Virus record (IMG/VR): IMGVR_UViG_3300010400_000001
Location: 1 to 64,000 of that record
Length of the DNA stretch: 64,000 bases
DNA from: a virus
Reading direction: 5' to 3' (one strand)
Shown here: piece after piece, positions 9,214 to 18,963 of the stretch
Numbering within the stretch: position 1 is the first letter of the stretch
Layout of the letters: each line of letters begins with the position of its first letter
Notes under the pieces: generated by a model
Told to the model about the DNA's origin: nothing
Seen by the model: only the letters and a program-made list of their open reading frames with translations
Database searches by the model: none
Program-made: the position numbers and the translations under genes

Positions 9214-9410
9214 AGCACGAGACTCCGTCGATCTTGACCGCCGAGGAACGCCTCGCCCTCGCTCAGCTGGCCTCGAGTGGAGCGCCGAACGAGTGGGGTG
9301 ACGCTGGACGAGCTTCGGACATTCTCCGCGCAGTCGACTCAGGCGCACTGCCTCGGCCAGAATCGATAGAGTGGTTCGTCAGGCGTTTCCGGATTGCGAG
9401 ATCCCAATGA
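9210..9410 (+). CDS. hypothetical protein
   Basis: ATGA overlaps. Confidence 0.5.
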   Translation: MKHETPSILTAEERLALAQLASSGAPNEWGDAGRASDILRAVDSGALPRPESIEWFVRRFRIARSQ

Positions 9411-9649
9411 AGCAGTCGGAGTCCACAGCTACGGTACAGCCGATTCCGTTCCCCCAATCTCAATGCGCATGCGGGCTCCACAAGATTGCCGGCGGCATCC
9501 ACGGAATTCGTTGGTACTGGGCGGTTCACGCTCGCGACGTGTGTGTACTGGAACTTCCGAACGAGCGTTGCTGGTGCGGTCGGCTTCGTTCGGAACACCA
9601 GAACCAGGAAGGCCATGACCCGGCCGCGAAAGACACGGTGCAACCGTGA
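9407..9649 (+). CDS. small Cys/His protein
   Basis: CACG, CWCG..EH; ATGA overlap. Confidence 0.5.
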   Translation: MKQSESTATVQPIPFPQSQCACGLHKIAGGIHGIRWYWAVHARDVCVLELPNERCWCGRLRSEHQNQEGHDPAAKDTVQP

Positions 9650-10161
9650 AGCAGTCGCGAATCGTAGACCGCAAGGCCGCGGCGCTAGCTGAATCTGCGG
9701 ACGTTCGCGTGCAGATTGTTCGCGGAATTCACCTCGTCGCGGAAAGGTTTCGGTGGATCGGCGGGGCAAGCGAAGAGGACACCTACACGCGCGAGGAACT
9801 CCGACGCGGAATGCTCGACTTAGCTAGCGAGCTCCTAGGCGAGGGAACCAGTTCAAAGAAGGTTAATCCGATGAGCAAGAAACCATTCCCGGCGGGCTAC
9901 GAAACGTTCGACGTCTCCGTCACACCTTGCATCGCGATTCACGAATCCGATCTGCGCGCGGGCGGCTGGATCCGAGAGAAGGACGCGGCCAACGTTTTAT
10001 CCGACGAAAACGTCGCGTTGCGGGTTGTGCTTACGAAGCTGCTGGAGCTCGACGCGAAGCGTCCCGCTGATACCACCTTTTGGGCGAGGTGGTGGGACGA
10101 AACGGTTGCCGAGGCGAAGACGTTGCTCGGTGGCACCTATCCCAGAAACACCACGGGGTAA
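9646..10161 (+). CDS. hypothetical protein
   Basis: GTGA overlap; in gene run. Confidence 0.6.
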   Translation: MKQSRIVDRKAAALAESADVRVQIVRGIHLVAERFRWIGGASEEDTYTREELRRGMLDLASELLGEGTSSKKVNPMSKKPFPAGYETFDVSVTPCIAIHESDLRAGGWIREKDAANVLSDENVALRVVLTKLLELDAKRPADTTFWARWWDETVAEAKTLLGGTYPRNTTG

Positions 10162-10163
10162 CC

Positions 10164-10553
10164 GTGAAGCTGCCCGACACGACAACTCCGTCGCCGCCGG
10201 TCACGCAGGCGCCGCGCGTTCGACCAGAAGGGTACTACTGGGTGCGATGGCGCGGTGACGGGCTCAGCATCGCCCGCTGGATGCACGTCGGAACCTACTC
10301 CGCAGAATGGACCTGGGTAGACGAGTCCGGGCCGGACTACTGTTCATTAGAGCCAGAAAAAGAAGTACAAGTCCTTTACGGGCCGCTGCATCTGCATTGC
10401 TACAACCGTAGTTGCCTGCGCGGCTCTGGAGCCTGCGGACGAGTCACCGCTGAGAGTGCCCCAGAATCCTTTCGCCCCGATGGCTGCGAGTGCGAGTGCG
10501 CCGCTTGCTGCGCCGCGCGAGGCGCCGTCAATTGGACGGAGGAGCGCACGTGA
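10164..10553 (+). CDS. hypothetical protein
   Basis: EGYYWVRW motif and Cys-rich tail. Confidence 0.55.
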   Translation: MKLPDTTTPSPPVTQAPRVRPEGYYWVRWRGDGLSIARWMHVGTYSAEWTWVDESGPDYCSLEPEKEVQVLYGPLHLHCYNRSCLRGSGACGRVTAESAPESFRPDGCECECAACCAARGAVNWTEERT

Positions 10554-10963
10554 CGCCGCGCGCCGTGCACGCTCGGCGCCCCGGAAAAAGGTCGCGCAAG
10601 GCTTGGTGCGGAGTCCAATCCAAGCGCACGACGCTCCTGCTTCCTGTGACGTGCGGGCGATGTTCGCGGCTCCTGGCCCGCAAGGTGAGCGAGCACAAGG
10701 CCCCTACTTCGACGGAACCGCTCACGGAAGACCTGTTGTCGGAACTCGCACGAGCCAGATGCCCCGTGCGCTTCACTGTCTTTACCGGGTTGAACGACTT
10801 GACTTTGACACGGCGCATGCAGCTCATTGCAGAGGCGGAGATTGCCAGCGAAAAAACAGGCGGACGCGAAGCAACGACCGCGGCGCTGCTTCTCATTGAA
10901 GGTGCCGAACGAATTGTCGCGCTCGAGAAGGAACTCGAGACGGTAAAGGGAGGGACAACATGA
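10550..10963 (+). CDS. hypothetical protein
   Basis: GGAGGAG SD; GTGA overlap. Confidence 0.6.
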   Translation: MTPRAVHARRPGKRSRKAWCGVQSKRTTLLLPVTCGRCSRLLARKVSEHKAPTSTEPLTEDLLSELARARCPVRFTVFTGLNDLTLTRRMQLIAEAEIASEKTGGREATTAALLLIEGAERIVALEKELETVKGGTT

Positions 10964-11808
10964 AAAAGATCTTCATTGCATTAATCTTGATTGGATGCGG
11001 CGCGCCGACCGAAGAGGCCCCCGCGGTTTCCGAGGCCGTCGAGCCGCTCACGGTTCCTCTTTCGGTAGGAACCGTGAATCCAGGCGAAGAGGGGCTCCGG
11101 TGCATCGGCTGGACATCGCCCGGCCGTGAGCTCTTCATCTCGGCTTTCTCGGTGACGAAGACGAGCATCCACCATCTGAACCTCTGGCGCATGCGCGCTG
11201 CCGTCCCCGACGGAGAGCAGGCCTGCCCGAAGGCGTCGCCCTACGGGGAGTTCGTGTTCGACGACGCCGTCGCTTCCGAGTTCAGACAAGAGCCGGCAGA
11301 CGGCGTGTTCCACATCGCTGCCAAAACGTCGTTTCTCGTGGACGTGCACGTCATCAATACGACCGAGGCCCCCGTCGAGGCCTCTGCAGAGATCTCTCTA
11401 CACGAATCGGAGAAGCGCTCGCCGATCTTGTTCGGCTTCGAACTCCGAGCGGGCCAGGTGCCGGCGCCGGTAGAGGCAGGCGCCACCGTGACGGCTCGGC
11501 TGACGACGCCCGCAAAGGACGTGACCCTCTACTCGGTGATGGGGCACATGCACGCGCATGGCGTTGTCGAGAGTTTCAGCGTCCGAGGACAAGAGCTCTA
11601 CCGTACCGAGAGCTGGTCAGATCCTCTCTTTTTGCCGACGACGATTCGTGTCTCGCCAACTGATCGCATCGAGTGGTCCTGCACGGTCCGAAACACGAGC
11701 GCCGTCCGGCTCACGTGGGGCGCGAACAGCATCCAAACCTCCGAGATGTGCTCGGTGGTGGGCATGGCGGACGCAGAGTGGGATGTCGTGGGAACGGCGG
11801 CGCAATGA
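10960..11808 (+). CDS. copper type II ascorbate-dependent monooxygenase-like (PHM-like) lipoprotein
   Basis: Lipoprotein signal MKKIFIALILIGC; copper-ligand motifs SIHHL, DVH, GHMH and SEMC; GGAGG SD. Confidence 0.75.
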   Translation: MKKIFIALILIGCGAPTEEAPAVSEAVEPLTVPLSVGTVNPGEEGLRCIGWTSPGRELFISAFSVTKTSIHHLNLWRMRAAVPDGEQACPKASPYGEFVFDDAVASEFRQEPADGVFHIAAKTSFLVDVHVINTTEAPVEASAEISLHESEKRSPILFGFELRAGQVPAPVEAGATVTARLTTPAKDVTLYSVMGHMHAHGVVESFSVRGQELYRTESWSDPLFLPTTIRVSPTDRIEWSCTVRNTSAVRLTWGANSIQTSEMCSVVGMADAEWDVVGTAAQ

Positions 11809-12053
11809 AGAGGCTGTACTTGCGGCTTGCCCCGTCCACGCTGGAGCCGCACTACTCCGCGCACGTCTCTGCGATGACGTCGGAAGGACTGCATGGCAAG
11901 GCGGAGATCGCAGCAGAACTCGCGTTCCGCGACGTTCAGATCGAGTCGCTCCGCAGGCACAATCAATCGCTCGCCGACGAGCTCAATGATTGGCGAGACA
12001 AATATACGGCGCTCGAGTCCCAGTTGGACACGCGCCAGAGGGGCATTCGTTGA
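11805..12053 (+). CDS. hypothetical phage protein
   Basis: HVSAMTSEGLHGKAEIAAELAFRD motif followed by a coiled coil. Confidence 0.65.
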   Translation: MKRLYLRLAPSTLEPHYSAHVSAMTSEGLHGKAEIAAELAFRDVQIESLRRHNQSLADELNDWRDKYTALESQLDTRQRGIR

Positions 12054-12055
12054 CC

Positions 12056-12262
12056 ATGCAACCAGTACGGTCTCCGCCGCCGCCACGCGACCCGAGCCCC
12101 GGTCCCATTCCGCCGCCTCCGCCAATTCCGTACTTTGGCCCAACTGAGCTTCAGTTTGCCGTATTCATCTTCGCGCTCGCCGTCGGGATCGCGACCGCGT
12201 GCTACGTGGCCTTCAATGACTACCAGCGTACGCATGCAGAAGGAAGCGAGCGAGCGCCGTGA
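12056..12262 (+). CDS. small Pro-rich membrane protein
   Basis: Poly-Pro stretch then one TM segment. Confidence 0.5.
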   Translation: MQPVRSPPPPRDPSPGPIPPPPPIPYFGPTELQFAVFIFALAVGIATACYVAFNDYQRTHAEGSERAP

Positions 12263-12858
12263 GGCACTCTCATCTCTTCGCTCTGCTTGTGATCTCCTGC
12301 GGTGATACGTTCACCGCCGCCAGATTTAGCGACGTGGAGGCCGGCGCCGGCGGACACGCGGGCTCACCAGAGCGAGCTGGAGGCGCATCCTCAACCGGAG
12401 GTCGGGCCGAGCTCGAGAGCGGCTTGCCGGATGCGGAGACCCCGCCGGCGGACGCTAGGATGGCCGACGTGAGCCCACCTCCCGTCGATGCAGGAAGAGA
12501 CGCCACTAGAGACGCCATGGGCGACAGCGGGCGCCCCGGCGCGGGCGGGCAAGCCGGGGGAGGCGCCGGTGGAAAAATGCCTGGAGCGGGCGGCAGCGGC
12601 TCAGGAGGCATCGGCTCGGGCGGCGCCGGCACCGGAGGAGCTCCGTGTCAGCCCAAGAGCTGCGAGGCCCAAGGCATCGAATGCGGGAGCGCCGAGGATC
12701 TTTGCGGCTCTCCGCTTCATTGCGGGGCCTGCACCAACAAACGCTGCGACCAGGGAACGTGCGTCTGCGATCCGTCCTACTGTCCGTTCTGCACTGGCTT
12801 TCCGTGCTGCAAACCGACAGGGGAATGTGGCTGTTCATTCGCGGGAGCCTGCTCGTGA
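12259..12858 (+). CDS. myxobacterial-type Gly-rich/Cys-rich lipoprotein
   Basis: LLVISC lipobox, DAG/GGSG low-complexity linker, CQPKSC...ECG...DLCG..LHCG.C repeat. Confidence 0.7.
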   Translation: MRHSHLFALLVISCGDTFTAARFSDVEAGAGGHAGSPERAGGASSTGGRAELESGLPDAETPPADARMADVSPPPVDAGRDATRDAMGDSGRPGAGGQAGGGAGGKMPGAGGSGSGGIGSGGAGTGGAPCQPKSCEAQGIECGSAEDLCGSPLHCGACTNKRCDQGTCVCDPSYCPFCTGFPCCKPTGECGCSFAGACS

Positions 12859-13097
12859 GTCGCCGGCCGTACGCGAAGATTCACGACCTCAAGCTCCTCG
12901 TCGACGCCGCGATGCAAGACGCGCTCATTACCGGCCACGAGATTTCCGTTCCAGTCGGCTTTCGCGCTGCTGCTACTCGTCTAGAAAAGCAGCGCCTCGT
13001 CGTGTGGACTAGTCTGCACACTGTCGCGCTCACTCGCCTCGGCAGGCAGCTCGTCGGCGTCCTTCTCGACGTACTTGCGGCTGTATCATTCAAGTGA
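12855..13097 (+). CDS. small winged-helix-like protein
   Basis: RLEKQRLV...VALTRLGR pattern; GTGA overlap. Confidence 0.5.
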   Translation: MSRRPYAKIHDLKLLVDAAMQDALITGHEISVPVGFRAAATRLEKQRLVVWTSLHTVALTRLGRQLVGVLLDVLAAVSFK

Positions 13098-13523
13098 CAT
13101 GAGATACTCTCGGAAGGTCGGATTCGCGATCGCGTGCACACCGAGCATGTCCCGACGCTTCGTACTGACCACTGCGTAGGTCACTCGCCCCGGCTGTCCT
13201 GTCAGAAAATGGAGAGCGAGCGCGGCGACGAAGCCTGAGCGATTTCGTCCCATGCGACAGGTGACGAGGACGCGCCTTCCGCGCGCCAGATCGCTCGCAA
13301 CGGCATCCGCAGCGACGAGAGCTGTTTCCATGTCCTCGCGCGACGGATTACCGACGTCATTGAACGGGAAGCGTCGTATGATGACGCCCGGGTAGCCCGA
13401 CGAGGGCGGCTGCACGTCGTCGGCGACGAACACGATGACGTCGAAGCCGAGCTCCTTGTAGTCCCCAGGCGGGGGAGCGGCACCGACCCAGAGCTTTTTC
13501 GCAACTCGGGTCGCGTCGAGCAC
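13086..13523 (-). CDS. dual-specificity (Cys-based) protein phosphatase
   Basis: LWVG, FPFND and the CX5R loop VLVTCRMGRNRS; GTG start at 13523. Confidence 0.85.
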   Translation of the reverse strand: MLDATRVAKKLWVGAAPPPGDYKELGFDVIVFVADDVQPPSSGYPGVIIRRFPFNDVGNPSREDMETALVAADAVASDLARGRRVLVTCRMGRNRSGFVAALALHFLTGQPGRVTYAVVSTKRRDMLGVHAIANPTFREYLMSLE

Positions 13524-13587
13524 GGTAGACCATCCTACCGAAAAGGCCGCTAGAAATCTATCGAGCGCGTGCTTATGGTAGCGTCTG

Positions 13588-16500
13588 ATGCTCGAGAACC
13601 GGCCAGAGCTCGCGCTCCTTCGAGCCAAGCGAACGCCGGAGGCCCTCGAGCGCTGGGTGAAGGCTTTCGCTGGGGGCGACAAGGACGTCGCACAGAGCTA
13701 CGCGATCATTGTCTCCCGTTTCACGGGACGGGACGAGGGTGGCTACGCCTCCTACATCGGCCGCTACTCGCCGAACACCAGGGCCGCGTACGCGTACGCG
13801 CTCACGGAGTTTTTCGAGTGGCTCGGCGCGAAGCACGGCCGCGTCATTCCGCCCCACGACGTGAGCCGGAAGGACGCCGAAGATTACGTCGAGTGGCTGG
13901 CGACGAAGCCTTTCTCGCTCGAGGCAGAAAAGCTCCGTGACGGAGATCAGCAGGAGCGCCTTGCGATCTACGAAGTCGTGAAGGAGCTTGGCTCCTCCGA
14001 TCTCACGAGCATCGCCGCGAAGCTTCCTCGGGCAGTCGTGAGCCGGCACAGCGCCGGCGGGGCGATCGACTTCGAGTGGCTTCACCGAGAGCTCGGGCTC
14101 ATGACTCTCCACGACCTTCTCGTGCGTTCGCCGACCATCGAAGAGCTTCGGAAGAGTAATCCGCTGATTGGGATCCATGTCTTCACCGTCGATCTCAACG
14201 GGCGACAGGTTCCGCTCGAGAGCGTGTTTTCGTATTCGACGCCGAAGCCCGTCGCCGTCTCGCGATCCACGATTGCGCTCCGCCTGACTGCGCTCTCCTC
14301 GTTCTGGAACGCGCTCTTGCGAACGGAAGGAAAGACTCTCGTCAAAGCCAACGTGTTCGAGGAAGTCCTCGAGCGCGTGTCGAGAGGCCTTTCGGCCGAC
14401 CGGCGAGCGGGAAGAACGCGGCGGCGCCGGCTCACGCCCGACATGGTCGACCGGCTCCTCCGCGCCGCCGAAGGGCCTTCGCTCGTAGAGAAGCGCGACG
14501 CAGCCCTGCTCTGGTTTTTGGTCCTCATGGGCGCCCGAGTGACCGAGACGATCCGCATCGTGAGGGACAAGCCCTCGACATCGGAGCTTCAGCGAACACC
14601 TGGGTGGTTCGACGGGAGAGCGCTCCCCCCTTCGGTCGAGCTCATCCGGAAGGGCGGCTTTCATCAGCGCTTGCCGTACCCGCCTTACGCCCTCCGAGCT
14701 CTACATGCCTTTCAGGCCGAGCTCGAAAAGCACGCGCCGCCCTTGGGCTCTCAATCCGATAATCCGAACGCCGCGCTCTACGTGCGTCCGGACTCGAGCG
14801 CGTGGCGCTACAAGCTCCTCGCAACGAAGCCCGATGCGCCGCTCTTTCCTCCAGTGAGCTTCTGGGGCCTGAACTCGCCGGGGAACTACCGCGAGCTCAG
14901 GCCGAACGGGCTCGACTACCGAAAGCCCATGAACCGATCGGCTGTGACCGCGATCCTCCGTCGCATCGCTGACAAGGCGGGGTTTTCGGACGAGGAGAAA
15001 CTGGCCGTGCACGGGCATGCCTTCCGCCACTTCGCGGCGACGGCGATGAGCCGGCAAGGAAAGCCCATCCGGGAGACGCAACAGATCCTCGGGCACGCGA
15101 GTATCGTGACGACCGAGACCTACGTCGAGGACATCACGAGCCCGGAGGCGCTCTCCGCTCAGAACGAGATCCTCGACTACATCGCCGGCGGCGAGCGCCC
15201 GCGCGGGGCGCCGGCTCCAGAGCCCCGTCGCCCCATTGTCGAAACCCACGGCATTGCCGTTCCGCCGACGGCTCCGGAGCCCGAGACTTCGGAAGTCGGC
15301 CTTCCCGCGGAAGCACCGAAAGTGAAGGCGCTGCCGGAGATCCAGAAGACTGCAAAGGGCCTCGTGGCGATCGCGCCGAAGGCCGTGCCTCCCGAGGTTC
15401 TCGAAGTCGAGCACGGGATCTCTTCTGGCTCGCCCTACTACGCGTACGAGGGGGCTGACCAACTCCACTTCACGATGGTCGAACCGCGGAGCGGCGCGAA
15501 GAGGGAGACGCTCTACACCAAAGGCTCAAAGGAGTACGTGCAGCGAGAGCCCTGGCTCCGCGAACATTACGACCCATGGCCCTTGAGCTACGGCATCGGA
15601 GAGAACAGCCTCCTTCCGTGGTTTGCTCGAGGGGCCGCCTCCTCGAGCGGCGAAGTCAAAGTCGAAGTCCGAACGAAGGACGGAAAGAAAGTCGTGACGG
15701 TGCCGCCGCTCCCCGTCTTCGCTGGCGAGCAGCTCTACTCGGAAGCGAAGGCGCCGACTCTCTGGAAGCGCGTTCTCGAGCTCCGGGAGAGATGGCTTCG
15801 GACGGCGCCGACGAAGGCGTTCGGACTCGACCGGTGGTGGGGCGCCTTTCAGGAGATCCAGCGAGGCCTCGCTCGCGGCACGGGCGGCGCCTTCCCCGTC
15901 GTTCCGTTCGATGCCCTCGGCACAGTCGGCACCAACATTCGAGCTCACGACGAAGAGTATCTCGCTGCGTGGCTCGAGAAAAACGCCGACAGGTACACGA
16001 CGACCGTTCGCGCCTTCGAAGGCATCGAGCGGCCGCGCGGGGGCTCGCTCACGGATGAGGAGTGGCTCTCGTTTCAAGAGAAGTTTGCCGCAGCAAGCCT
16101 CATCGGCGTGAGCCCCGCCGAGGAGCTTCCTGATTGGTTCATGCTCGATGATCCGGTGCGCGCCATTTACGACCACTCGAGCGAGGAATGGGAGTGGTTC
16201 GAAAAGTGGATCGGCGCCGTCACTGGGCAGCGCCTGACGCCGGCAAGAGACGCCGAGCGCGCGCGTGACGCTGCCTTCGCGTCCACGGCCATCGAGACTC
16301 GCATCGAAGAGGCGCGGGAGCTCCTCGCGGCCTACTTCGAAAGCGTCGAAGAGCTCAAGAACCAGCCGAAGGGCGAGGACGCCGACAGGGAGCGAGAAGT
16401 CATTCGGCTCCTTCGAGACAGACTCCTAGCGCTCGGCGTTCCAGATCCCGGGGCGACGAAGGGGCTCGCGCGAGACCTCAAGGCCCGCATCGAAGAGCTC

Positions 16501-17337
16501 ATCGCCCTCGGCTTTCCGTCCGCCGACGTCGAGCTCGTCGATCCGAACGTCCTCCGTAGCGCGCTCTTCGACAAGGACACGTTCCGAATCGACACGAGCA
16601 AAAAGACGATCTCGCACACGCCGGAATTCAGGAAAGACTTCGCCGAGCGCTACGACGGCCGGGACTCGGAATGCGTCGCCCGAAGAGCGGCGCGCGGCAT
16701 GTGGGAGCACGTGAAGCGCCACGGGATCCCGGTAAAGCGCGGCGCGGAGCGCTCTAGCGAGTACAGCCTCCTCTACTCCGTGATGCTCTCGTACCTTTCC
16801 TGGATCGTGCCGTGCCCCGAGGCCATCGAAGAGCGCATGGGCAAGGAGCGGAGCGCCCGGATGCGCTACCTCACGGGCTTTCGGCGGGCGAGCGCCCGAG
16901 TGCTCCGTACGGGCGACGTCGACGAGCCAGGGCTCCGCCGGATTGCCGTGGAGGAAGGGCTCGACGACGCCGGCGCCGGCGAAGTGCTCGAGGCGGCCCT
17001 CGTTCAGGACTCCATGCGGGCCGAGGTCGCGCTTCCGCCTCCGCCCGTCGCCGAGGCCATGGCCCGGTCCGCAATCGAGTCTGGGAACGTCCACGTGGCC
17101 GCTGTGCCCGCCATAGTCGTCACTCGAGGCAGACGGCGCACCGTGGAGGCGCCGCGGGCCCCCGTGACCTACTATTCGGTCGGGGGCGACGAGGAGACTG
17201 ACCTCACGCCGAACGCCCCGCCGCGGCGCTACCTGACGCCCAATGCCTTCGAGCACGGGCTCGGACGCATGGCACTGGCCGACCTCGCGATGCCCGGCGC
17301 GCTCCGGCTCATGGCCGCGATGACGAGGCCGTTCTAG
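13588..17337 (+). CDS. giant tyrosine recombinase with ~735-aa C-terminal extension
   Basis: SPNTRAAY..AL..F core-binding start, STIALRLTALSSFW, catalytic R317, RKGG, H477xxR480, LGH503, Y512. Confidence 0.9.
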   Translation: MLENRPELALLRAKRTPEALERWVKAFAGGDKDVAQSYAIIVSRFTGRDEGGYASYIGRYSPNTRAAYAYALTEFFEWLGAKHGRVIPPHDVSRKDAEDYVEWLATKPFSLEAEKLRDGDQQERLAIYEVVKELGSSDLTSIAAKLPRAVVSRHSAGGAIDFEWLHRELGLMTLHDLLVRSPTIEELRKSNPLIGIHVFTVDLNGRQVPLESVFSYSTPKPVAVSRSTIALRLTALSSFWNALLRTEGKTLVKANVFEEVLERVSRGLSADRRAGRTRRRRLTPDMVDRLLRAAEGPSLVEKRDAALLWFLVLMGARVTETIRIVRDKPSTSELQRTPGWFDGRALPPSVELIRKGGFHQRLPYPPYALRALHAFQAELEKHAPPLGSQSDNPNAALYVRPDSSAWRYKLLATKPDAPLFPPVSFWGLNSPGNYRELRPNGLDYRKPMNRSAVTAILRRIADKAGFSDEEKLAVHGHAFRHFAATAMSRQGKPIRETQQILGHASIVTTETYVEDITSPEALSAQNEILDYIAGGERPRGAPAPEPRRPIVETHGIAVPPTAPEPETSEVGLPAEAPKVKALPEIQKTAKGLVAIAPKAVPPEVLEVEHGISSGSPYYAYEGADQLHFTMVEPRSGAKRETLYTKGSKEYVQREPWLREHYDPWPLSYGIGENSLLPWFARGAASSSGEVKVEVRTKDGKKVVTVPPLPVFAGEQLYSEAKAPTLWKRVLELRERWLRTAPTKAFGLDRWWGAFQEIQRGLARGTGGAFPVVPFDALGTVGTNIRAHDEEYLAAWLEKNADRYTTTVRAFEGIERPRGGSLTDEEWLSFQEKFAAASLIGVSPAEELPDWFMLDDPVRAIYDHSSEEWEWFEKWIGAVTGQRLTPARDAERARDAAFASTAIETRIEEARELLAAYFESVEELKNQPKGEDADREREVIRLLRDRLLALGVPDPGATKGLARDLKARIEELIALGFPSADVELVDPNVLRSALFDKDTFRIDTSKKTISHTPEFRKDFAERYDGRDSECVARRAARGMWEHVKRHGIPVKRGAERSSEYSLLYSVMLSYLSWIVPCPEAIEERMGKERSARMRYLTGFRRASARVLRTGDVDEPGLRRIAVEEGLDDAGAGEVLEAALVQDSMRAEVALPPPPVAEAMARSAIESGNVHVAAVPAIVVTRGRRRTVEAPRAPVTYYSVGGDEETDLTPNAPPRRYLTPNAFEHGLGRMALADLAMPGALRLMAAMTRPF

Positions 17338-17804
17338 TAGTTTTTCAGAACAGTGAACTGCGACGCGAGATCTTCGCAGTACATCCCGTTCGAGAGACAG
17401 AGCAGGAAGACGTCACCGCTACCCGGCGTCGCCTCGAGCGGAGTCCGTCGATAGACCGAGATGACGGTGCCGGCGAATTCGCGTGACGTGCCGCCCGCGA
17501 CGTCGCCTTGCACGGGGCCATTTGGATCGACCCGAACGACGAATGCTCCAGAAAACCGGTTTACGCTGTCCGCGTCCGCATCCTCGATGACGTCGAGATT
17601 GAGGTCGGCCACACTGATCGCGACGACGTCCTGTATGAGGTCGTTCTGCCAGAGGACCGTACGCGTCTCTTCCGGCGCTTCAGTCGACTCCTCACCGATG
17701 ATGTTGCCGAAGAGCGGGCCCTGGGGCTGGAGACTCGGCTGGAGCGTCGCCGACAGAGATGTCGCCTGGATCCGCGCAGCAACCACTTTCAGAACGTCCG
17801 GCAT
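17334..17804 (-). CDS. hypothetical protein, paralog of 17809..18279
   Basis: Shares LQPQ.P..G, S.E..G.V and LSNGMY.E motifs with its neighbour. Confidence 0.75.
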   Translation of the reverse strand: MPDVLKVVAARIQATSLSATLQPSLQPQGPLFGNIIGEESTEAPEETRTVLWQNDLIQDVVAISVADLNLDVIEDADADSVNRFSGAFVVRVDPNGPVQGDVAGGTSREFAGTVISVYRRTPLEATPGSGDVFLLCLSNGMYCEDLASQFTVLKNY

Positions 17805-17808
17805 GGTT

Positions 17809-18279
17809 TCACCGATTGGTCAGCAGTCGAACACGAACGATCGGAAGCTCGTAGTACATGCCGTTCGACAGTGACTTTATGAGCACCGTCGCAACGCCGT
17901 TCACATTGAAGACGTCGACGACTCGACCGATGTACTCCTGGCTGTACACGTTGAGATCCGGAACCGGAAGCGGCGGCGCCGGGTCGACCGCGCGGAGCCC
18001 GACGACGACCTTGTTCATGTAGGTCGTGCGAATGAGATCTGACGGGGCCTCGATGAGGTCGAGGGCGTCGTCCCTGCACCCGGTCGGCACGAGCGCGCTC
18101 GCGTTGTTCGAGAACGTGATGCCCGTCTCGGCAAACGTCGCCAAGATCACGTCCGGATCGCCGTCCGTGACTTGCGTCACGACCCCGAGCGTCGGGGGCT
18201 GTGGCTGAAGCCTGGAAACCGCGCCAAGTGTCGAGCTCGTGAGCCTGGGCCGAACCCGATTGCCGACGACTAGCGCCAT
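17809..18279 (-). CDS. hypothetical protein, paralog of 17334..17804
   Basis: Same shared motifs; both genes encode 156 aa. Confidence 0.75.
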   Translation of the reverse strand: MALVVGNRVRPRLTSSTLGAVSRLQPQPPTLGVVTQVTDGDPDVILATFAETGITFSNNASALVPTGCRDDALDLIEAPSDLIRTTYMNKVVVGLRAVDPAPPLPVPDLNVYSQEYIGRVVDVFNVNGVATVLIKSLSNGMYYELPIVRVRLLTNR

Positions 18280-18321
18280 GGGACAGAAGGCTACAGGGGC
18301 CCTGGGGCGGGGTCAAGGCAC

Positions 18322-18963
18322 TCAAGAAGGCACTAAATATCGGCTTTCGTCGTCGTACATCATCGACGTTTCGACGAAGCGGATCTGCCGGTGCTGCCCA
18401 GCCAAAACCTCCAGCACGAGCGCGCGGACGACATTCATGGGGATCGTGCCCTGAGCGACCGCCCGGCGCGTCAGCGCGCGCTTTGCTCCGTGAGGGATCG
18501 TCGAACGCTCATAGTGCTTGTGCCGCTCTGGTCCTCCGGACGGATGGCGAACGCCCTGATAGTACCAAGCAGCGAGCGGCGTCGGCTCCCTTGTGCCGAG
18601 AAGGTACGAATGGATCAAGCTCCGAAGGAGCACCGGCCCCGTCACCTGCCGAAACTCGCACTCCACCGTCCAGGCCTTGCGCACGACCTCGGCCATCGGC
18701 AGGTGATACTGGTAGAGCCGCCGGTGCGCTTCGCCGGCGGCGGGCTTGGTATGCCGGAGATGAGGACTAGGAAACCCGCGCTCGTGCCGTTCGATGCGCG
18801 CCTGTGCGCGCACTTCGAGGAGGAGCTCCGGATCGACTCCAATCTTCTTTGCGACGCGATCGATCTCCGAGTCCGCGATGGCGCACTTGGCGTACCAGGT
18901 GCCGAGAAGCTTTTCGAAGAGCCACTCGCGAAAGGACTCGGCCCGCGGCGCCTTCTTCTTCAT
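18322..18963 (-). CDS. putative DNA-binding protein with tandem RHH-like segments
   Basis: Two beta-helix-helix-like repeats ending LLRSLIHSYL and VVRALVLEVL. Confidence 0.5.
   Translation of the reverse strand: MKKKAPRAESFREWLFEKLLGTWYAKCAIADSEIDRVAKKIGVDPELLLEVRAQARIERHERGFPSPHLRHTKPAAGEAHRRLYQYHLPMAEVVRKAWTVECEFRQVTGPVLLRSLIHSYLLGTREPTPLAAWYYQGVRHPSGGPERHKHYERSTIPHGAKRALTRRAVAQGTIPMNVVRALVLEVLAGQHRQIRFVETSMMYDDESRYLVPS

Noticed and set aside
13400-17500. att site or element boundary next to the recombinase
   Set aside because: I saw no flanking repeat, adjacent tRNA or compositional break, and virus-like genes continue on both sides.
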